This document shows, in pieces, positions 54,423 through 64,000 of a stretch of 64,000 nt of DNA (positions within the stretch are counted from its first letter, which is position 1; every line of letters begins with the position of its first letter). The notes beneath the pieces were generated by a model. That model was given only the letters and a program-made list of their open reading frames with translations, did not search any database and was not told the DNA's origin. Made by a program: the position numbers and the translations under genes. The DNA comes from Octopus vulgaris (Eukaryota), in NCBI GenBank assembly GCA_951406725.2, contig OX597821.1, positions 116,498,001-116,562,000 on the forward strand. The letters are read 5' to 3'.

Positions 54423-56845
54423 TATGTATGTATATGTATATGTATATGTATGTATGTATGTATGGATGGATGGATGGATGTGCAGATTTGTATGTTTTAT
54501 GTATGTATTCTCTCACATTTAGTTGCATATCTAGACATACTCATATATATTTAAATAATAAACTTCTGGAAAGTTTTACAGATTTTTACAGTTCCAGTGA
54601 TGGATTGGATCTCTAGTCATCGAATTAGCTTTCTCCTTTCTGGTCTTGAGAAGCCTAATTTCTCAAGATTCATATTTAGGCAGCGTGTTACATATACCAG
54701 GGCCCCAATAATTACAGGTATGAACCTGAACTTGTAATATGGATAGAGTAACTTCAGGTTTCTCAATAGTTCAGCGTAGGTGTTCTCTTTTTCACTGATC
54801 TTCTGCTTTATATTAACATCCGATGGGCAGTTAATTTCCACAACTGTGCACAATTTCTCTTCTCTATCTCAAATCATTATATCAGGTCTGTTGTGCTTAC
54901 ATTTTATTGAGATCTTCAGTGGGACATTCCATCAGTAATTCCTTTTCATTATGAGTGGCTATGGATTCTACTATACTGCGGGTTTTTATTTCTTTTATCC
55001 TCAGGATTATCCTTCCAACAGATTTCATTATAGAGTATCCTAGCTACAGTGTCATGTCTCATCAGTGGATCATACCGTGGTGACATTTTCGGGAAATTGC
55101 TTATGATGTGGGTGATATCTTCAGTGTCAACTCCACAAAGTCTGCATTGGTTGTCACATTTTATGGCTTTTCCTGCACCTCTATTCCTTTTGTGCATCAG
55201 GTACTTGGTTAATACGTCACTGTTTGTGTGGAAATTATGTGTGCTTGTTAGTATTTTGGGGGTTTTCACATCAATGGCTCGAATCTCATCAAGCGTCTAA
55301 TCAAGCAGCCCAAATGTTGGTACGAGTATTGGCACTGCAAACACATTGTAGGCCACTGTTTTATTGGATGCAGAGAGTTCTGAGGTCCAAATTTTCTTTA
55401 TTCGGCTGTAATATTCTTTAGGACACGTGTTTTGTTACACGTGCCAGTGTAAGCTATATTTCATTCACCTGTAGATACCTCAGACATTCCCCGTCAGATA
55501 CTGGGGAAACAGTCAAATCATTGATGGAGATATTACTAGTCTGGTTTAGTCTTCTCCTTTTCACAACCATATAACAACATTTATCCTGACCAAACTCCAA
55601 CCCTACATCCTTTGAGGATGTTGTAACTAGGTCAAGGCTCTTTTTCATCTCATGCATATTCTTTGCATAAAATTTTAAGTCATCCACAAAGAAACAGTGT
55701 GTAATTTTGGTATTTCTGTTTCCTTGTGAACCAGTGAGATATCCTTCAGACTTCCTTAACATGAATGACAAGGGGTTTACAGAAAGTATAAACAACATCA
55801 CAGAGAGGCTGTCTCCTTGGAATATGCCTCTGTGATACTGTATTCCATCTGTGATAATACAGCCATTCTTTGTGCTTAATTTCAAGATGGTGGCCTATGA
55901 GGAAGTCAGGTCAGCTATGGCTTTGAGTTATTCTCATTGGAACTTTAGCAATTTGAAGCATCCATGAGTGGGGAACAGAGTCAAAGGCTTTCTTGTAGTC
56001 TATCCACATTGAAACTAGGTTCTTCCTATGCTCTCACACCTTTGACATCACAGTTTTGTTGATTAACAATTGCTCGGCACATCCCCTGACTCCTTTCTTC
56101 CCAGCTGCTTGTTCTGCTGTGATAATGTTATAGGTTTCACAAAAGTCTTGGAGGAAGAAGTTTAAATATGCTGTATATATCTTATACATTAATTTCTGGC
56201 ATGCAATTGGCCGGTAGTTTTTTGCCATGTGGGTGGTTCTGCATTTGGGGATCAGTTTTGTCTCTGCCAGAGCTAGCCAGTGTGATATACTACTGTTCCC
56301 AATGAAAGCTTGCTGGTACAGTAGAAGGTGTGGTCAGTAGAATGTTAACTTCTTGTTCCAATATCCAACAATCAAGTCTCTTCCGGATGCTTTTCCATCC
56401 TGGAGTTTCTGGATCACAGCTGCAAGAGTCTCACCATCAATGTTATATGTCTTGGATGTAACGCAGGAAGAATAACTTTTTCAGATTTCTTCCAGCCACA
56501 GAGCATCTTAGTTAAATTCCTCCTCTTCACTCCAGATTTTCCTCGATAAGGAGTCTATGTCTTCTCATGAAGGAGCTTCCATGATATTTATTGCTCCTCC
56601 TCTCATGTCTCTGTATACTGCTGCCTGGTTGTGGTTAAATTTTTTCTTTATTGTTCTTCTCTCAGTTGTGCTCTTCTGATGTCAGAGTTTTTCATTGACA
56701 GCTTTTAGCTCCTGCTTGAGGGTCATCAGTTTGCAAGTGAGTGTCCTCTTTTTGCTGTTTCCAAACATCATTTCTATCTCCTTCTTTACTTCCTGTTGGT
56801 GGGACGTATGATGATTTGCTTTGGTGGTACGTATAGTGATTTGCT
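54100..56845 (-). mobile_element. R4/Dong-clade non-LTR retrotransposon, degraded (RT + restriction-like endonuclease)
   Basis: NYRPIACQKLMYKIYT, EQAAGKKGVRGCAEQLLIN, RGIFQGDSLS, HCFFVDDLKFY, CRLC..EDITHIIS..RHDTVA, KHNRPDI and VVEINCPSD..K..Y. Multiple stops. 3' UTR is interleaved with microsatellites. Confidence 0.9.
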
Positions 56846-57126
56846 TTTCACCTGGCGTGCTAACATTTCTGCCAGCTCGCTGCCTTAGTCAGAATAAATA
56901 TTGCAATATACATGCTAGCATCCAATTTGATGTCATATAAAACACATTTTTTTGCTGAAAAAATGTCTCAGAAAAATCAGCTTGGGTCTCATATGTAAAA
57001 TGGGTGTTATATTGTGTTCATTAATACACTAAAAGCTTTTATCCTGAATCGGTCCTGCTGAAAGTGGGGTGTGTCTAATATACCTGTCTGTCATACACAC
57101 ACTCACACACATACATGTATACACAC

Positions 57127-57162
<36 letters not shown>

Positions 57163-57415
57163 ACATACATACATACATACATACATACATACATACATAC
57201 ATACATGCATACATACATACATACATATGTACGTACATACATACGTACATACGTATATGATAAGCAATGAGCAGAAAAAGAATTCAACACAAGGTGGAAA
57301 AGTTTTAACAAATGCTGCTTTAGTTTAATGGTTTTAAAGTAGGGAAAGAGTTGTGACATTTCAGACAATAGTCCTTCATCAGAGAAAAATAAAAGAACAA
57401 GAAATACTGACTGGA

Positions 57416-57446
<31 letters not shown>

Positions 57447-58379
57447 AAATATATACATATGATAATAATAATAAATTCTTGTATATTCCATATTTCGTCT
57501 TTCATTTGCCATACACACACACACACACACATATATATGAGGTCCTGTGAAGGTTGAAAGACAGAGGGCATATTTCCAATGCAGCACTCAACCTGACCTT
57601 TAGGCTATCTGCACTGTTTGATTCCAGTCCAATATTGAAATTCTTCAGGTGTAGAAAATCCAGGCTTCATAACAGTAAAAACCATTTTTTGTGTGGGTTT
57701 AGCAAAGAGTAAAACATAATCCAAATAAGATGATAAAGAAAGACTTTGAAGACTAAAAGTCTCCCTTTGTCTTCTTATTTGGAGAGAATGTGTGTGTGTG
57801 TGTGTGTGGCTAACAAATCTTAGATTTTCATATTAGAAAGTACAAAAACAAAAGAGGACATTTTGTCTGGAAAAAGACTTTTTAATATAAAACGAGTTGT
57901 ATGTTAGTCTTAAGAATTTACTGAGATGTAAATAAACCTGGAGGTAAAAGAGACATTGTAATGAGTAACAAGGTAAGGGCAGTTTGTGTAGGAGGGAAAC
58001 TAATGAATTGAGAAAGATGCAGACTGTGGAATTGGTAAAGAAACAGCAGGGGGGAGGCGGTCTGAGAGAGTAAGAGAGATATATGGAGAGAAAGGTGTGC
58101 ATACATACATATATATGTGTGAATATGTACATGTGTATATATGTACATATATACATTACAAACACACACACACATACACACATATATATATACATATTTT
58201 CTTTTATACATAATATATATATATATATATTATATATATACATATACCATATCATATGTATATATATATATATACACATACACACACACACACATGTATA
58301 TATAAATATATATATATGTTTGTGTGTGTGAATGTGTGTATACACACACACATCTCATCATTTAATATCTTTGAATATA

Positions 58380-58462
<83 letters not shown>

Positions 58463-58808
58463 AGAGAGAGAGAGAGGGAGAGCATAGAAATGGATGGAAA
58501 GGTGCAAAGTGTTGTGTGAGAGTACAAGTTGAAGACATTAGCAGACAAAAATCAATCCATATATAGCCAACACCGAAGTAGACACAGCCTGTGTAGAAGG
58601 ATTAATACTAACCCAATCTGCTGTCTACGTCACAGTGATGTAGACAGCAGATCAAATCCATCGATCCACCTCCTTCCTCCGATAACATTCCATCAGTGGT
58701 ACCTGACAGTTCACAGCATCAGGCTTTGTACCGAATAGATAGAAAGATAGATGGAGAGGGGGAGAGGAAGAGAGAGCGAGAGAGAGAGAGAGAGCATGAT
58801 GGATGGAT

Positions 58809-58849
<41 letters not shown>

Positions 58850-59008
58850 GATAGAGAGAGAGAGCGAGAGAAAGAGATAGAGGGAGAGAGAGGAAATGTG
58901 ATGGATATCTGGATAGATTGAAGGAGGGAGAAAAAAGAGGAGAGAGAGAAGAGGGAAGAGATAGAGAAAGAGAGAGTGTGAGTGAGAGAGTGCAGAAGAG
59001 AGGAAGAG

Positions 59009-59074
<66 letters not shown>

Positions 59075-59602
59075 TAGAGAATGAGAAGAGAGAGATTTAG
59101 AAAGGGGAGAGTGAAAACGTGAGAAAGGAGAGAGGGAGAGCATGAAAGTAAGACAATGACTGAGTGAAGGAGAGAGAGAGAGGGAGAGAAAGAGAAACAG
59201 AGAGAGAAAGGGAGAGTGAAGCTTGAATGAATAGCAATGGTAGCTGCTGTAGTTCCCTTCATCTCCATCTCCTCCATCACCCTCTTCCACCATCCTCCCA
59301 TTATTGCATGCATATACGTACATTCATGTATGCATATTGATAACGGCATGTTATCTGTGGGGGTGGAATTTAAGCATTAGTACGTGTGTGTGTGTGTGTG
59401 TGTGTATGTGTGATTTTATAGGGTTGTCTCTTCTGCATGTACATATGTTATGGGTACGTGAATTTGTAATGTCGGAATACGTGTATATATGTGTGTCTAT
59501 ATCTAAATCAGGTATGAATATGTGTGTGTTACTATCTATCTATCTATCTATCTGTCTATCTATCTACCTCTCTCTCTCTCTCCCAATGTCACACCGTCTC
59601 TC

Positions 59603-59634
<32 letters not shown>

Positions 59635-59985
59635 CATGTGTGTGTGTGTGTTGTGAAATAACCACTTAGATTGTGTTGTATTTATAAGACATGTGTGCAG
59701 ATACAAGAGTGTGCGTATGTGTATGTATATGTCTATATGTATGAATGTGCACGTGTGAGAGTGTATATATGAAGTTGTGTGCAGCCGTGAGAGTGTATTA
59801 TGTGTATAGTCGGTTGATATTTGCCTCTGTGTGTGTGTGTGTGTTATGTGTAATAGAATGGATGATGGACACACAGACATATGTTAATGTATTCAAATGT
59901 AAAGCTGTGTTGCAGAGCACTGCATACTGCAGTCCAATGTGATACAACAATGCACTGCTATAGATATCTCACCCGCATGCACACA

Positions 59986-60056
<71 letters not shown>

Positions 60057-60240
60057 GCTGAATTAAAATACAAAATCAAACATTAGGCTCTGAATGTCTG
60101 AGATCACAAAATTGCAATTCTATTCCATAAATTTCCACAATCTTCAATTAAAACAACATTATTCAACATCAACCGATATATCATTCCTGTTGGCTCTTCG
60201 ACCATAGTAAGGCTACTGTCTCTCATTAGAACACATTACC

Positions 60241-60668
60241 ACACTATTCTCCTGTTAGACTGTAATGTCACTGCTATCTTACATAAGCCTAGAGTACAGT
60301 ACTCTCTCTTATTAAACCACAATATCACTATCATCCAACATATGACTGGAGTACACTCTTGTCTTTTATCAGACCACGATATCAGTGTTGGCTTCTTTTT
60401 GACAAGCGTACATTCCTCTCTTTTATTAGACTATAATGTCGCTGCTAGTTTACATTAGACCAGAGTATACTCCTGTCTTTTGTTAGGCCACAATATTGCT
60501 ACTGTCTAACATCGAACTAGAATGCACTCCTGTCTTTTGTCAGACCTCAATGTCACTGCTCTCTTACATAACACCAAGAGACACCCCTGTCTTTCGTTGG
60601 AACCATTATATCTCTGCCATTTTACTTAGACTAGAGAGCACTCCTACCTTATTATTACACTACAATAT
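60241..60668. repeat. Diverged 57-bp minisatellite, about 7-8 units
   Basis: Unit approximately ACTCCTGTCTTTTGTTAGACCACAATATCACTGCTATCTTACATTAGACTAGAGTAC. Confidence 0.8.
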
Positions 60669-60869
60669 ATCATCATCATCATCATCACCATCGTCATCAT
60701 CATCATCATCCTCGTCGTCGTTGTCATCATCGTCGTCATCATCATCATCGTTTAACATCCATTTTCCATGCTGGCATGGGTTGGACAGGCTGGCATGGGT
60801 GTTTATACTTATATTAAAACCTTCCAAATAATATTTAGTTGTTTTCCCAGTCTCCTTAAATCTGCTGCC

Positions 60870-60914
<45 letters not shown>

Positions 60915-61798
60915 CATCATCATCATCATCACCATCATCGTCGTCGTCGTCGTCATCATCATCACCACCATCGTCATCGTCATCATCATCATTGTTGTCG
61001 TCGTCATCGTCATCATCATCATCATCATCATCATTTAACATCCATTTTCCATACTGGCATAGGTTGGATGGTTTGACAGGAGCTGGCCAGGCGGAAGACT
61101 GCCCCAAGTTCCATTTGTCTGTTTTGGCATAGTTTCTGTGGCTGGATGCCCTTATTAATGCCAACCACTCTACAGAGTGAACTACTAGCACTACCAGCAC
61201 AACCAACACCAGCACTTCTAGCACCATCAACAACACAAGAACCACCACCACCAGCACCACCACTAGCACCACCACCACAAGCACCACTACCACCACCAAC
61301 ATTAGCACCACAAGTACGACTTACACCACCAACAACACTAGCAACACCAATAGCACCACCACTACCACTAGCACCAGAAGCACGACCAGAACCACCAACA
61401 CCACCACCAAAATTTGAGGTCTTTGTGGTGCTAGTGGTGGTGGTGGTTGTTGTGGTTGTGCTAGTGGTGGTCATGGTGGTCATGGTGCTGATAGTCCTAA
61501 CGTTACCTGTGGTGATGGTGGTGTTTGTTGAGCTAGTAGTGCTTGTGGTGCTAATGGTGGTGGTGGTATTGTGGTGCGTTTCACGTGGCACCAGCACCAG
61601 CAAGGCCTGCTGTGACATGGTTTTTTTTTGCAGCTCAGTGTCATTCAAAATGCCAACTACTTTGCAGTGTGGACAGGATGCTTTTTACATGGCACCTGCA
61701 ATGTCACCAGGAAACCCTGCAAGACAAGGAACCAGAGTGGGGGGTGACTTTGTGTTCAGTGATGAGAGATTAGAGTATGACAGATGGACAGAAAGAAA

Positions 61799-62216
61799 AG
61801 GCGGAGAGCTGGCAGAAACGTTAGCACGCCGGGCGAAATGCTTTGTGGTATTTCGTCTGCTGCTACATTCTGAGTTCAAATTCTGCCGAGGTCGACTTTG
61901 CCTTTCATCCTTTTAGGGCCAATTAAATAAGTACCAGTTGCGCACTGGGGTCGATATAATCAACTTAATCCGTCTGTCTGTTCTTGTTTGTCCCTTCTGT
62001 GTTTAGCCCCTTGTGGGTAGTAAAGAAATAGGTATTTCGTCTGCCGCTACGTTCTGAGTTCAAATTCTGCCGAGGTCGACTTTGCTTTTCATCCTTCTGG
62101 TGGTCGATAAATTAAGTACCTGTTACACACTGGGGTCGATCTAATCAACTTAATCCCTTTGTCTGTCCGTGTTTGTCCCCTCTATGTTTAGCCCCTTGTG
62201 GGCACTAAAGAAATAA
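61799..62216 (+). mobile_element. SINE family C dimer
   Basis: Full copy followed by a tandem 5'-truncated copy. Confidence 0.88.
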
Positions 62217-62754
62217 GAAGGACAGAAAGAGGTGTGTTGCTGTAGAGGAAATACATGGTTACCACATTTGGAGGAAGAGAGAGAGAGAGAGAGAGAGAGA
62301 GTGATCAAAAATGAAAGTGAAAGTGGAGGAGAACAAGAATGAGAAAGATGGTGGTGATGTGCCAGGTCCACCTCTCTAGGTACAGGGATGAGAATATAAA
62401 TGGGATGGTAGAGCATTGCCAAAAGTGTATGAATAGGGTGTTCAAGGGAATGAAAAGAAGGGGTAAGGGGTGATGCAGTGACTGGTGAAACCTGGGTATA
62501 TGGAAGGATGGGGCAACTGGATGCAGTGGGTAGGGCAGTGAGGAGAGGATCGGGATGCAGGAGTAGGGAGGGAGAGATAAGCATTTTGGATAGGAAAAAG
62601 GATTTGTAAGGAAGCGAAGGAGAAGCAGAGATGTAGTTTGGTTTATTGGAGGACAGGGTGTGTGAAAAATTTGAATGTTACATGTGGGTGGAACAAAGCA
62701 TTCCCAAAACTCAGTTTCACTGAGGTAGGTGGGTCTTCTCAAGAACCCCTAATA

Positions 62755-63020
62755 TCTCCAGACATCTTGATCCATTGTCTTCTCCTCCTTGAGGTCCAAC
62801 ATCCTGAGATTGATCCTCACCACTTCATCACATGTTTTCCTGAGTTTCCCTCTTCCACAGATTGCCATCTACTTTAAGCGATTGGCATTTCTTTATACAG
62901 TCGTCATCATTCATATGCATCACAATCATCATCATCATCGTTTAATGTCTGTTTTCCATGCTGGCATGGTTTGGACAGTTTGACTGAGGTCTGGAAAACC
63001 AGAGGCTACACCAGGCACCA
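62755..63020 (-). mobile_element. RTE LINE 3' fragment and SINE D tail
   Basis: Minus strand CGRGKLRKTCDEVVRINLRML (GRGRPRKTW-like), with an adjacent (CAT)n CGTTTAA tail. Confidence 0.55.
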
Positions 63021-63732
63021 CTCAGGGAGCACTGGCACCACTTGATAACTGCTGCTGACAAAATAAGTACTCAGCTTAAAATAAAAAATACATACTGGGG
63101 GTCAATTCATTCAACTAAAAATTCTAGAAGGTGATGCCCCAGCATGGCCACAATCTGATGATTGAAACAAATAAAACGAATAAAAAGATACAAAATAAAA
63201 GATCAACCATCTTAATGACTGTCCTTTTGTCCTTCCATAGTATGACCAAGGATTTCAATGGAAACTACATAGCTCAGCTTAATTTTTTTTCCATTACATA
63301 CTTCCATACTTGATAAGCACATAAAACCTAAGGTCTACATTAAGAGTCTGGATGGGGAAATTAAAAGCCATTTTAAGCCTTCTTTTAGCTTCCACGATCA
63401 TCATTAACACCATTGTTATACTGTAATCAGTTGATCTATATTGGCATCAACTAAACTGGCCTCCGCAATAACAGCATCTCTTCATGTGCTTCAAACTGTT
63501 ATTCATTGCCATTGAAAGGACTGCATGAGTCAAAACTGGATCTTTTACTCCAATTAATCTTCTTCACCTTAGATTAAACCATTTCATATACATACATACA
63601 TGCATACACGTGTATGTGTATGTATGTGTATGTGTGTGTGTGTTTATATATGTATGCATAAATCTGTATATACATATATATATATATATACAAACACATA
63701 CATATACACATATATATATGCATATATGTGTG

Positions 63733-63778
<46 letters not shown>

Positions 63779-64000
63779 CACATATATATATGTACTCATA
63801 TATATGTATGCATATATATATAAATACATACATACACACACATATCTATACACACACATATGTGTATATACATATATGTATATACACATATGTGTGTATA
63901 TACATATGTGCGTGTATATATATATATATGTTTATATATACACACACACACACACACACACATATATGTATGTATGTATACATGCATATATACACAAACA

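Noticed and set aside
60241-60668. CRISPR-like array
   Set aside because: Whole units are mutually similar, with no unique spacers, no cas genes and a eukaryotic context
61031-61916. Pro-rich/hydrophobic 256-aa ORF and antisense Thr/Gly ORF
   Set aside because: Chimera of SINE sequence and low-complexity repeats

Overview
AT-rich, microsatellite-dense animal genomic DNA. The SINE families and repeat landscape resemble Octopus (cephalopod); this is an inference, not a database result. The only well-supported host gene is the 3' part of a MAP3K13/LZK (DLK/Wallenda family) kinase on the + strand. It has four coding exons (<1-132, 17212-18034, 20343-20636, 22601-22702) that splice in frame to 449 aa and include the SEEEGEV, QSYSTLSSE, SDGLSDKE and terminal ECSDITV..W motifs. 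The rest is mostly transposon debris: four SINE families, a mariner with a nested SINE and Helitron, R4/Dong, Hero/NeSL, RTE and CR1/L2 LINE fragments, several MITEs and probable degraded Penelope-like sequence. The most striking non-genic signal is a set of short 'leader + fold-back hairpin' elements, mostly embedded in (TA)n tracts. Several of them, plus some isolated sites, carry minimal type-I hammerhead ribozyme cores (CUGANGA..GAAA..palindromic helix III..NUH) typical of Penelope-like pseudo-LTRs. Nearly all ORFs in the supplied track are microsatellite artefacts. Repeat boundaries are approximate.
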